Shown: piece by piece, positions 37,396-46,778 of the stretch | How positions within the stretch are numbered: the stretch's first letter is position 1 | Layout of the letters: the number at the start of each line of letters is the position of its first letter | Source: a bacterium | GTDB taxonomy: Bacteria > UBP15 > UBA6099 | Length of the DNA stretch: 64,000 bases | Reading direction: 5' to 3' | Assembly: GCA_035380865.1 (NCBI GenBank) | Contig: DAOSYA010000001.1 | Coordinates: forward strand, 61,044 to 125,043 | Made by a program: the position numbers and the translations under genes | The notes under the pieces: generated by a model | Told to the model about the DNA's origin: nothing | Seen by the model: the letters and a program-made list of their open reading frames with translations, nothing else | Database searches by the model: none

Positions 37396-39632
37396 ATAAA
37401 GATTCCGCCGAAAATCGTTTCTGTTTGAAATCCCAGACCGGCGTATTGTTGCCTCATATCAGATATGTACTTTTCTCGCGAGCTTTGAATCTCTATGTTC
37501 GCAAGGAGTTTATATTCATCCGACAGCCATGTCGAGGCCCCGGGGACGGGCATGAAAAATATTCTGCCGGGCGCCGGCTGCGCGTTGTCTGCCGGGATTG
37601 CCCGCACGTTTTCGAAGACGCTTTTTAAATCGCCGACTACCCTGTCGGAATTATTTGCTTCTTCAAAAACTTCGATGGACACTTTCTGTTTTTCAGGCAA
37701 TGTTTCTATGAACTTCTCGGCTGAGATTATCGAAATCTGAGGGTCGGCGTTTTTCAGCGGATCGAGCAGGGACGAAAAGCTGTACATGACCATAATAACA
37801 ATTCCGATAATAATGACAGCCATCGGCATCCCGCGAGCAAGTTTTCCGGTTCTCTGGTATGCGGCCACGAAAATAAAAGCCATCATGAGATAAAGAATTA
37901 TTCCGGCAATATAGCTGTGGCAGAGCTTTACAATTATCTTGTAAATCGGTGGAGACATTTCGAAATCGAAACGGTTAGACAGGAAATACCCGACCAGGTT
38001 TATGGGGTCGATAAAATATGAATCGTGGTTCGCGATGTAGTTGTCGAGAGCGTCGTAGTCGATTTTATAAAATGAAATTTTCTTGCCTCTCGCGATGGGT
38101 TTCGCGAACGGTAGCTCGGGGAACAGGTCAACCGGCCAGACCTGGTTCAGGATAAGATATTTTGCATTGTATTTTTTTATGACTTTTGCCGTCGTGTTTA
38201 TTGTTCCGTAGGGCAGGGGTGCTGTCGGCCTGTCGCATACGAGCTGGGTTGAAAAGAAGGGATATGACATCACGACAGTTCCGGGCTGTGTTTGTTTGCG
38301 GATGTAGTCGCAGGTTGTTCGCAATTCGATCATATCTTCATCTTCGGGTGACTGTAGCAGCCGGAGTGAGTTCATGACGATGAAACCGGAAGTGTCCGAC
38401 AGGATGATGAAAACGGCGATTCCGACCGCAAGCCCGCGTCGTGTTAAAAAAGGAGCATGTTTTTTCGCCCATTCCTCACACTCGACCATGCCCTTGCCCG
38501 CAACAAGAAAAGCTATCGGCAGGATACAAAGCAGATACCTGTCGGAATAAATCGCCATGATTATGTGCATCATTACCTGGAGCACGAGAATGGTGAGAAT
38601 AAGCGCGATCTCGGGGCTGCCCCTGGCGCCGCGCGCGCCGAGCACAAGGAACGGCAACACAAGGAACCCGATGGTTTGAAAAACGCCCGGCATATAAAAT
38701 ATCGATGTCTGCTTTCCCAGAATCGCCAGTTTTACGTTTATCCAGATAACCCGCATGAAGTTGTTGAAGCGTTCTCTTTTCGTGATAACAGGCATTTCCC
38801 ACTCGTTGTAACCTTCATAATTGAAAATCACGCCGAACAGGTCGTATTCGTCGAACCTGTCGATCATGAGGCCGCCGTAGACACGGGATATCCCCTCGAA
38901 CTGCTCTGTGTATGTGGGTTTCCCGAAAACTATCCAGCTTCTGATAAGGAAAGGCAGCACAACGATGCCTGCAACGCCGAAAACTTTTATTATCGGCACT
39001 CCGAAAAATTTCTTTCTCCGGAAAAAAAACATCCATATAAGTGTCGCCGGTATCAGCACAAAGCTGTTTCTTTTGAACAGGAACGCGAGCGCCATGAGCA
39101 GCCCCGCTGTCGCGTAACGCTCGCTGAACAGTGCGGAGACGAAAAGAATATAGAAAATCATCTGCCATGCTTCAGGAAGTCCCGGGTCCATGAGGGTGTA
39201 CAGTCTCAGCAGGCCCGGCGAAAAAAGAGCCAGTAATGCGGCAATAAAAGCAGCCTTTGAGCCGAACAGTTTTTTCCCCGCCCTGAAAACCACCAGCGGC
39301 AGGAGAAAGATGGCGATGAACGTGGGTACGAGAAATGTCCACTGGCTTTCCCTGAAAACGGCGTAGAAAGGAACCAGCGCCACCGAGTAGAGGTTGGCTC
39401 TCTGCGCTGCTGGATGCGGCAGTTTCTGGTCTATGATAGTGTATGAGCGAAGAAGGTTCTCTTTAAAACCTTCCATTCTGTAAAGGCTTCTCGCCATCCC
39501 GGCATACTCGAACGAGTCGCCGTCGTGTGTGGGTGCTCTCGAATGCAGGAAGATGTGGAACAGGCAGAATACAAGAGAGATTACTATCAATATTTTCCAG
39601 AGGGGATCTTTTATTTTCACTCGTTCATCCAT
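37389..39632 (-). CDS. GT-C-fold membrane glycosyltransferase (ArnT/PMT, GT39-like), atypically extended
   Basis: About a dozen N-terminal TM helices with an early loop HDGDSFEYAGMARSL. A soluble domain, two further TM helices and a C-terminal soluble domain follow. The family call comes from architecture only. Confidence 0.55.
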   Translation of the reverse strand: MDERVKIKDPLWKILIVISLVFCLFHIFLHSRAPTHDGDSFEYAGMARSLYRMEGFKENLLRSYTIIDQKLPHPAAQRANLYSVALVPFYAVFRESQWTFLVPTFIAIFLLPLVVFRAGKKLFGSKAAFIAALLALFSPGLLRLYTLMDPGLPEAWQMIFYILFVSALFSERYATAGLLMALAFLFKRNSFVLIPATLIWMFFFRRKKFFGVPIIKVFGVAGIVVLPFLIRSWIVFGKPTYTEQFEGISRVYGGLMIDRFDEYDLFGVIFNYEGYNEWEMPVITKRERFNNFMRVIWINVKLAILGKQTSIFYMPGVFQTIGFLVLPFLVLGARGARGSPEIALILTILVLQVMMHIIMAIYSDRYLLCILPIAFLVAGKGMVECEEWAKKHAPFLTRRGLAVGIAVFIILSDTSGFIVMNSLRLLQSPEDEDMIELRTTCDYIRKQTQPGTVVMSYPFFSTQLVCDRPTAPLPYGTINTTAKVIKKYNAKYLILNQVWPVDLFPELPFAKPIARGKKISFYKIDYDALDNYIANHDSYFIDPINLVGYFLSNRFDFEMSPPIYKIIVKLCHSYIAGIILYLMMAFIFVAAYQRTGKLARGMPMAVIIIGIVIMVMYSFSSLLDPLKNADPQISIISAEKFIETLPEKQKVSIEVFEEANNSDRVVGDLKSVFENVRAIPADNAQPAPGRIFFMPVPGASTWLSDEYKLLANIEIQSSREKYISDMRQQYAGLGFQTETIFGGIFIY

Positions 39633-39775
39633 CAGGATAGCTCTTTTCCACTTATGACATTATAATTTAACAGGTGTCGCATGTGCAATTAGCATTATCT
39701 GTAATAGAAAAAAATATTTTACAGGTACTATAATGTTGGAAAGTTGCTCCTCATGGTGAAGCGGGCTGTCATTTT

Positions 39776-41245
39776 ATGAAGATACTTTTAGTTAATCCGC
39801 CGTTTTCGAGATTGCTCGGCAGGTTTGAAAACACAGAGGTGATAACGCCTATAGGATTGCCGGGAGTCGCCGCATATATTAATAAGCACGGATATGGTGT
39901 TTCGGTATACGATGCGAACAGGCTGCCCGGAAGCAGAACCAGGCTTGGCAAAAAAGCAACGGAGATGGTGGACGGAAACCATAACTATCTCGAGACGCTG
40001 AATTCGGAGCGGCATCCGGTATGGGGAGAGATAAGAGAACGGCTGATTGCGGAAAAACCCGACGTAGTCGGTATATCGGTGCTGAGTTCGGCAAGGGGGT
40101 CTGCTTTCCAGGTTGCGCGTATCTGCAAGGAGGTTGATCCGCGGATACGGGTTGTGTTCGGGGGGTATCACCCGACCGGTTTCCCGGAGGATGTGCTGTC
40201 GAACGAAAATGTTGACGTTGTGGTCAGGGGCGAGGGGGAGCAGACTTTCCTTGAATTGCTGGAGGTGTACAAAAACGAAGGGGACATCGGATCGGTCCTG
40301 GGCATATCTTATTCGGACAACGGGAACGTTATTAATAATCCCGACAGGGCCTTTATTGACGATATGGATTCGCTTCCCTTCACTGCGGATTTTGTGTTCC
40401 AGGGCTTGATAGGGAGAATTCCGATTCAGTATGGCAGGGGATGCCCCTACGGGTGCAAATTCTGCGCTGACAGGGTGGTCTGGAAACGGAAGATTCGATA
40501 CCGATCGGCGGAGAATGTTGTTGAAGAGATAGAGTCGGCTGTCAGAAACCTTGGAGTGAGAGAGTTTACTTTTATCGACGGCACATTTAACGTCAGCCGC
40601 CGGAAGGTGATGGATTTCTGCGAACTTGTTATCGAAAAGAAGCTGGACATAATCTGGGACGCTCTTGTGAGGGCGGATAAACTGGACGATGAAATGCTTG
40701 CGAAGTGCAGGCGCGCGGGATGTGTCCAGATGAATCTCGGTGTTGAGTCAGGTAGCGAACGGGTTATCGATGATCTGAATAAAGCGATTGATCTTTCTAC
40801 GGTGAAGGATGATATCGACAGGATAAAAAAACATGGAATTTCGGTGGTAACGTTTTTCTGTATAGGAATGCCGCCGGAGACAGCTGAAGATTTGAGAAAA
40901 ACAAGGGATCTCATAAGCCGGCTGAATCATGATTTTGTCATATTGAGCGTGTTTACGCCGCTGCCGGGTACCGATTATTATTTGGAACTGCTTGAGAAGA
41001 ATATTATCGGGAAAGGACACGATTTCGATTTGTACGGATTCAAGTCCCCGAGGAATCATTTCGCGTTGAATATTGCAGACGAAGAATTCGAGTACTGGCG
41101 CAATGAAATACTTAAAGCTACGGATGAAGTGAATAAAAAAGGGCGCTTCGCTGTCAAAATGCTGCTAAAGAACTCCGGGTTTTTTATCAGGAATCCCAGG
41201 CAACTTATCAGGAGAGCGAAGCAATTTGCGGGAATGCAGAAGTAA
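39776..41245 (+). CDS. B12-binding-domain radical SAM protein (class B)
   Basis: MKILLVNPPFS, VVFGGYHPTGF, the core GRGCPYGCKFC, GVESGSERVI and GMPPET. Confidence 0.85.
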   Translation: MKILLVNPPFSRLLGRFENTEVITPIGLPGVAAYINKHGYGVSVYDANRLPGSRTRLGKKATEMVDGNHNYLETLNSERHPVWGEIRERLIAEKPDVVGISVLSSARGSAFQVARICKEVDPRIRVVFGGYHPTGFPEDVLSNENVDVVVRGEGEQTFLELLEVYKNEGDIGSVLGISYSDNGNVINNPDRAFIDDMDSLPFTADFVFQGLIGRIPIQYGRGCPYGCKFCADRVVWKRKIRYRSAENVVEEIESAVRNLGVREFTFIDGTFNVSRRKVMDFCELVIEKKLDIIWDALVRADKLDDEMLAKCRRAGCVQMNLGVESGSERVIDDLNKAIDLSTVKDDIDRIKKHGISVVTFFCIGMPPETAEDLRKTRDLISRLNHDFVILSVFTPLPGTDYYLELLEKNIIGKGHDFDLYGFKSPRNHFALNIADEEFEYWRNEILKATDEVNKKGRFAVKMLLKNSGFFIRNPRQLIRRAKQFAGMQK

Positions 41246-41262
41246 GGAAACCGGTAATTAAA

Positions 41263-42567
41263 ATGCATAAGGAAATTGAGATATCAAAAACGGTCAGTCT
41301 CTGCCCGGAATGCGACAGGATAATCGATGCTGAAATCATAGAGCGCAACGGTCGGGTTTTTATCAGAAAAACCTGCCCGGAACACGGCGATTTCGAGCTT
41401 TTGCTTTTTGATGACGCCTCTTTCTACAGGCGGTTGCTGAAAACGACTTCAAAGGTTCCCGAAGAGTTCGATAATTGCGATGTTACCGGATGTTTGTCCT
41501 GCAGGCGGCATATGCCGAGGGTCAAGACTCTTATGATAGACGTTACGGAGCGATGCAATCTGAACTGTACGGCGTGTTTCACGAACACGCATGCGAGGAA
41601 GAGCAGAGACCCCGGAATAGAGGAGATCAGGGAGCGGCTTTCGAAATGGGTTGATAACAAGCCTACTGTTCTGTTGTGCGGGGGTGAGCCGACGGTTCGC
41701 GAAGATCTTGAAGATGTGATCAGGACTATCGATTCGATGGGATTTGTCGTGAAGATGGCGTCGAACGGGATCAGGCTCGCGGAAGCCGATTATGTGAAAA
41801 GGCTCAAAGACGCCGGGCTGGGCTGGGTTCTTTTCCAGCTCGATGGTTTTTCAGACGATATATATATGAAGACGCGCGGAAGGAAGCTTGTGGATATAAA
41901 GAGACAGGCTTTGATCAATCTCGCAGATGCCGGGATAAAAGTCTGCCTTGCTTTTATGGTGGTTCGAGGGGTTAACGATTTCGAGATCGGGCGGGTGGTG
42001 GATTTTGTTATGAACAGTGACAATATCATGCACCTCGGTTGCACGGTGTTGTCGGATGTAGGCCGCGACGGCTTTGCGCCGGAGAATATTACCTCGGCGA
42101 TCCATGTTATGCAGTCGATCGAAAAGGAAACCGAAGGCAGGGTCAGGGTCGAGGATTTCATGCAGACGAGGCTGATTGGCGACAGGCTGTTCAGGCTGAC
42201 CGGCAACCTTGAATTTCAGCAGAAAACATGTTTTCACATGGCGCTTCTTCACAAGAGAAAAGATGGATACATACCGGTGAACAGGTATGCGAGACCGGGA
42301 ACGGCCTTGAGAAACATCGGTGGGTTTGCCGAACTCGGACTGCTTTACGGGTCTTTGAAGCACTGGGATGCGATACAGCTCTCAGGCAGGGTCAAGCTCC
42401 TTACCATAGAGGATTTCCGGCCTCATGACACAATCGATCTGGTGGATGCCAACAGGTGCAATAAGGCATATATGACCGAGGAAGGCTATATTCCTCCCTG
42501 TATATATAACACTAAATACAGGCCTCATTGCTGGCGGGCGAACGATGTGGATGGTGCGCGCGAATGA
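41263..42567 (+). CDS. multi-cluster radical SAM protein with N-terminal Cys knuckle (COG1964-like; family of archaeal tetraether synthase Tes/GDGT-MAS)
   Basis: SLCPECDRIIDAEIIERNGRVFIRKTCPEHG, CDVTGCLSC, the core ERCNLNCTAC and LLCGGEPTVRED. There are further C-terminal Cys (KTCFHM, ANRCNKAY, PPCIY, PHCW). The family assignment is from memory of the motif layout. Confidence 0.7.
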   Translation: MHKEIEISKTVSLCPECDRIIDAEIIERNGRVFIRKTCPEHGDFELLLFDDASFYRRLLKTTSKVPEEFDNCDVTGCLSCRRHMPRVKTLMIDVTERCNLNCTACFTNTHARKSRDPGIEEIRERLSKWVDNKPTVLLCGGEPTVREDLEDVIRTIDSMGFVVKMASNGIRLAEADYVKRLKDAGLGWVLFQLDGFSDDIYMKTRGRKLVDIKRQALINLADAGIKVCLAFMVVRGVNDFEIGRVVDFVMNSDNIMHLGCTVLSDVGRDGFAPENITSAIHVMQSIEKETEGRVRVEDFMQTRLIGDRLFRLTGNLEFQQKTCFHMALLHKRKDGYIPVNRYARPGTALRNIGGFAELGLLYGSLKHWDAIQLSGRVKLLTIEDFRPHDTIDLVDANRCNKAYMTEEGYIPPCIYNTKYRPHCWRANDVDGARE

Positions 42568-44066
42568 AAGTGGTTTTTGTTTATCCCGCGTTCGAAAGCC
42601 TGGCGATAGAGTATCTGGCGGCGGTTGCGCGGGAAAAAAACCATGAAGTCCGCATGGTGTTCGACCCCCGGCTTTTTGCTGATTCATTTGTGCAGATTCC
42701 ATCGCTTGCGCGTTTTTTTTCGATGCGCGACAGGGTGATCGAGGAGGTTGTCGGGCATCAGCCGGACCTCATCGCTTTTTCTGTTGTTACAAATGATTTT
42801 CCATGGTTTAAAGAGATCGGTGCTGAGATTCGAAGGCATACGTCTGCGCCGATCATTGCCGGGAATATTCACGTCACCTCGGTTCCCGAGCAGGTGCTGC
42901 GGCTCGGTTTCGTAGATGCTGTTATCCGGGGAGAGGGAGAAGGCGCTTTCGCGGATATCCTCGATTCGATAGAGGAGACAGGGGAAATAAATCCCGGAAT
43001 AGAGAATGTCGCGACCCTGGACGATGATGGAAACGCAAGGATAAATCCGTTGCGACGGCTTATACAGGATCTTGACACGCTTCCGTTCCCGGACAAGACG
43101 ATATACGACGGCACTTCAATTAAAGCCCGCGATATATACACGATCATGACAACACGGGGTTGCCCGTATACGTGCAGTTTCTGCAATAACAACCTGTTGA
43201 AAAGACTGTATGGAATAAAGGGATATCTCAGGTCGCGAAGCGTCGATAATTCTATTGCCGAGCTGAAGCAGGCGGTTGAAAACTTCGGTCCCGGGCATGT
43301 GAATTTTTACGACGAGGTGTTCGGGACAAATAAAAGGTGGCTTCGCGAGTTCGTTGATAAGTATAAAAAGGAAATCGGGCTTCCCTATATCGCCTGCACG
43401 AACCCGAATATTGTTGACGAAGAATATGCGGATCTGCTCGCGGAATCCGGTTGCGGGAAACTCGATATGGGAGTACAGACGATCAACCCGGAAAAGAGAA
43501 GACATATATATCACAGGCGTGAAACCAACGAGCAGATCAGGTATGCCATCGATACGCTCAAGTCGCGCGGAATAAAAGTCGCGGCTGAAAATATAACGAA
43601 CTTCCCGACGGAGACCGAAGAGAACCTGCTCGAAATGGCGAGATTCTACAACGAAACAAGGCCGAGCGCGCTGAAGGTATTCTGGCTCAGGTATTATCCG
43701 GGGACGGAGATAGTTGATATTGCCGTGGAAAAGGGAGTGCTGACCCGCGAGGATGTCGAACGGGTGAATCAGGGCGAGGATCTCGGCTCGGTTACGATAG
43801 GCGTCGGGACACCCGTGTTACAGAGGAAGTTCTATCCGATGTTCGCGCTTACCCAGGTTCTTCCAGGGGGAATGGTTGAGCTGATGCTCGACCGGAAATT
43901 ATACAGATATTTTCCCGCCTCGATCATGCCGAAGATATCATACACTCTGTACAGGCTGCTGACCCGCAGGTCGCCGGAGGAGGAAATAATGATGTATCAG
44001 CATGCAAGGCGGTATGTATTTTATCTGAAAAAATGGGCGTCGGGGATAAAGAAAAGGAATAAATAG
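42564..44066 (+). CDS. B12-binding-domain radical SAM protein (class B)
   Basis: The start (MKVVFVYPAF) overlaps the upstream stop as ATGA. Motifs are IIAGNIHVTSV, the core TRGCPYTCSFC and GVQTINPEKR. Confidence 0.85.
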   Translation: MKVVFVYPAFESLAIEYLAAVAREKNHEVRMVFDPRLFADSFVQIPSLARFFSMRDRVIEEVVGHQPDLIAFSVVTNDFPWFKEIGAEIRRHTSAPIIAGNIHVTSVPEQVLRLGFVDAVIRGEGEGAFADILDSIEETGEINPGIENVATLDDDGNARINPLRRLIQDLDTLPFPDKTIYDGTSIKARDIYTIMTTRGCPYTCSFCNNNLLKRLYGIKGYLRSRSVDNSIAELKQAVENFGPGHVNFYDEVFGTNKRWLREFVDKYKKEIGLPYIACTNPNIVDEEYADLLAESGCGKLDMGVQTINPEKRRHIYHRRETNEQIRYAIDTLKSRGIKVAAENITNFPTETEENLLEMARFYNETRPSALKVFWLRYYPGTEIVDIAVEKGVLTREDVERVNQGEDLGSVTIGVGTPVLQRKFYPMFALTQVLPGGMVELMLDRKLYRYFPASIMPKISYTLYRLLTRRSPEEEIMMYQHARRYVFYLKKWASGIKKRNK

Positions 44067-44090
44067 GAATCTTTTTTATTCGGGAAAAAC

Positions 44091-44120
44091 AAAGGCCTCC
44101 TGTTTTCAGGAGGCCTTTTT
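44091..44120. terminator. bidirectional rho-independent terminator between the rSAM operon and hppA
   Basis: aaaggcctcctg (44091-44102) pairs with caggaggccttt (44107-44118). An A-run lies upstream and a T-run downstream. Confidence 0.75.
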
Positions 44121-44149
44121 ATTACACATTGAATTCAGGTATTCGCGAA

Positions 44150-46330
44150 TTACATAGCGAAAAGGAAGGGAGCGAATACGAGAGAAACGATAGACATAAG
44201 CTTGATGAGGATGTTGAGAGACGGGCCTGCCGTATCCTTGAAAGGATCGCCGACAGTGTCGCCGACAACAGCGGCTTTGTGGGCTTCCGAACCTTTGCCG
44301 CCCATGTTACCGCCCTCGATGAACTTTTTCGCGTTGTCCCATGCTCCACCGGTGTTGGCCATGAAAATCGCCATCATAACACCGGATGATGTGACGCCTG
44401 CCAGAAGACCGCCGAGCATGGCAGCCGGCTGGCCCGGATCGATTAATCTTCCGATAATGCCGATTACGACAGGTGAGGCTACTGCGAGCACGCCGGGGGC
44501 AATCATCTTCTTGATAGCTGCCGCCGTGCTGATCTCAACACATTTTCCGTACTCGGGTTTTCCGTCAGCCGCTTCGAAAGCTTTGTCTTTTTCTTCATCC
44601 GAAACTGTTTCGCCTGCTGCTTCTTTCTTGAATATCTTGAGAACTGCTTCAAGCTCCGGAATGGACTGGAACTGTCTGCGAACTTCCGAGATCATATCGA
44701 ATGCGGCATCGCCGACAGCCTGCATGGCCATTGAAGCGAACAGGAACGGGAGCATAGCCCCGAGGAGTAATCCCGCTGTTACGAACGGGTTCATTATATC
44801 GATGACAACCGGGATTCCACTTGCGGAGGCTGCGACTTTTGTGAACGCGCTGAAGAGAGCGAGAGCCGTGAGCGCTGCCGAGCCGATGGCGAATCCTTTT
44901 CCGATGGCGGCGGTTGTGTTGCCGACTGCATCGAGTTTGTCAGTTCTTTTTCTAACTTCGGGATGATCCGAAAGGGTCATCTCTGCGATTCCGCCCGCGT
45001 TGTCCGCGATCGGGCCGTAAGCGTCGACTGCGAGAACCACGCCTGTTGTGCTGAGCATTCCGAGACCCGCAAGAGCTATTCCGTACAGGCCGCAGAAAAG
45101 GAACGCCAGAACGACTGCAAGCGCGAGGCAGAGGATCGGCCATGCTGTTGATTTCATGCCGACAGAGAGACCTGCAATGATGTTGGTGGCTGTTCCGGTT
45201 TTTGACTGTTCCGCGATTCCCTGTGCCGGTGCTTTGCTCTCAGCGGTGTAGTATTCGGTAAGAAGACCGATTGCTGTTCCGGCGACGAGCCCGCTTACTG
45301 TAGCCGCGAATGCGCCGAACCATGAATATAATTTTTCGCTGCCTTCGAATGTAAACGGCTGTTCGGGAAGAACGATTTTGCACATGATGAATGTAGCGAC
45401 GATCATTATGCCCGCTGCCGAGAATGTACCGAGATTAAGGGCAGCCTGCGGGTTTCCGCCTTCTTTTGTCTTTACGAAGAAGGAGCCGATGATCGACGAT
45501 ACGATTCCAACCGCCGCGAGAATGAGGGGAAGCATCAGTCCTCTAATCCCATGACCGGTAATCAGGAATCCGAGTACCATTGCCGCAACGATCGAGCCCA
45601 CATAGGATTCAAACAGGTCGGCACCCATTCCTGCGACGTCACCGACATTGTCTCCCACGAGGTCTGCGACGACTGCCGGGTTTCTTGCGTCATCTTCGGG
45701 GATTCCGGCTTCAACTTTACCGACAAGGTCGGCGCCTACGTCGGCTGCTTTCGTGTAGATTCCGCCGCCGACACGGGCGAAGAGAGCGATTGAGCTGGCT
45801 CCGAGGCCGAAACCGCTGATTGTAGCCATCGGATCCGGTATCGCAAGCAGCTGTCCGAAAATGATGTATAAGATTCCGAGCCCCAGAAGCCCGAGTCCGA
45901 CCACGCACATTCCCATGACCGAGCCGCCGGAGAATGCAACGCTGAGCGCGGTCGCCAGGCCCGTGCGGGCGCCGTTGGTGGTTCTGACGTTCGAGCGGGT
46001 GGCTATCTTCATTCCGATGAATCCGGCGAGAGCTGAAGAACATGCGCCGTAAAGGAATGCGATGAATGTGAAGGGAGTATTCTCTTTAATACCCAGGGCG
46101 AGAAGAATCACTGCCACGATGGCAACGAATATGCTGAGCGTTTTATATTCTCTGCTGAGGAATGCCATTGCGCCTTCGTGGATAAAATTGCTGATTTTCT
46201 GCATTTCGGCTGTTCCTGGCTCCTGTTTCATTACCCACATCGCTTTGTAAAGCGCAAACAGAAGTGCAAGGACACCGAAAAGCGGAATTGTCCAGATTGC
46301 CAGTTCCTTGTATTGTGAAGTGTCAGGCAT
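44150..46330 (-). CDS. hppA: membrane-integral pyrophosphatase (H+/Na+-translocating), K+-dependent-type signature
   Basis: GGAWDNAKK and [16 protein letters not shown]. The motif [10 protein letters not shown] has Ala rather than Lys at the position known to separate K+-dependent from K+-independent enzymes. GGAGG lies upstream of the start. Confidence 0.95.
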   Translation of the reverse strand: MPDTSQYKELAIWTIPLFGVLALLFALYKAMWVMKQEPGTAEMQKISNFIHEGAMAFLSREYKTLSIFVAIVAVILLALGIKENTPFTFIAFLYGACSSALAGFIGMKIATRSNVRTTNGARTGLATALSVAFSGGSVMGMCVVGLGLLGLGILYIIFGQLLAIPDPMATISGFGLGASSIALFARVGGGIYTKAADVGADLVGKVEAGIPEDDARNPAVVADLVGDNVGDVAGMGADLFESYVGSIVAAMVLGFLITGHGIRGLMLPLILAAVGIVSSIIGSFFVKTKEGGNPQAALNLGTFSAAGIMIVATFIMCKIVLPEQPFTFEGSEKLYSWFGAFAATVSGLVAGTAIGLLTEYYTAESKAPAQGIAEQSKTGTATNIIAGLSVGMKSTAWPILCLALAVVLAFLFCGLYGIALAGLGMLSTTGVVLAVDAYGPIADNAGGIAEMTLSDHPEVRKRTDKLDAVGNTTAAIGKGFAIGSAALTALALFSAFTKVAASASGIPVVIDIMNPFVTAGLLLGAMLPFLFASMAMQAVGDAAFDMISEVRRQFQSIPELEAVLKIFKKEAAGETVSDEEKDKAFEAADGKPEYGKCVEISTAAAIKKMIAPGVLAVASPVVIGIIGRLIDPGQPAAMLGGLLAGVTSSGVMMAIFMANTGGAWDNAKKFIEGGNMGGKGSEAHKAAVVGDTVGDPFKDTAGPSLNILIKLMSIVSLVFAPFLFAM

Positions 46331-46778
46331 ACTTTTAATACCTCCTTGAAATAATACTTTATTAAAAGGACTGTTTCAGTCCGTGATAAATAGTATTAAC
46401 CTGGATTTCTCACAGAGAAATCCGGAAGATCGTGATAATACCTGTCCTGCTGCGTTGCGGCGTCGGTTCGGGCTCGGTTACATACCACAAAGTATGCTTC
46501 CTCACCACTCCCTCGCCGCGCCTTGTATTACAGGCATTCTAACGATTTTTAATCTGCACTGGTGAGAAATGCAGATTAAAGCATGAAAAAGAATGCTTTT
46601 TTTCAAAAAACGCATTTGTGATCAATTTCACATAATGTACCGCAAAAGAATATATAAAACTTTCGGGAAAAATGCAATATGCCCGCAGCTATTTATTTGG
46701 GGTAAAAATATAACTATCTATTGAAGTATTCAGAACTCATAAGTATTCTCTACTTCAAATGGGTGCGAAAGGGATGCG

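Noticed and set aside
38457-39236. 259-aa plus-strand ORF
   Set aside because: It is antisense to the GT-C-like membrane protein. It is highly charged and has no motifs.
44202-44966. 254-aa plus-strand ORF
   Set aside because: It is antisense to hppA, one of the best-supported genes in the window.
46331-46778. A known riboswitch controlling hppA (fluoride, ykkC-type, Mn/Mg) or a 6S/SRP RNA
   Set aside because: I could not match the remembered conserved cores of these RNAs on either strand. It is kept only as an unclassified structured spacer.
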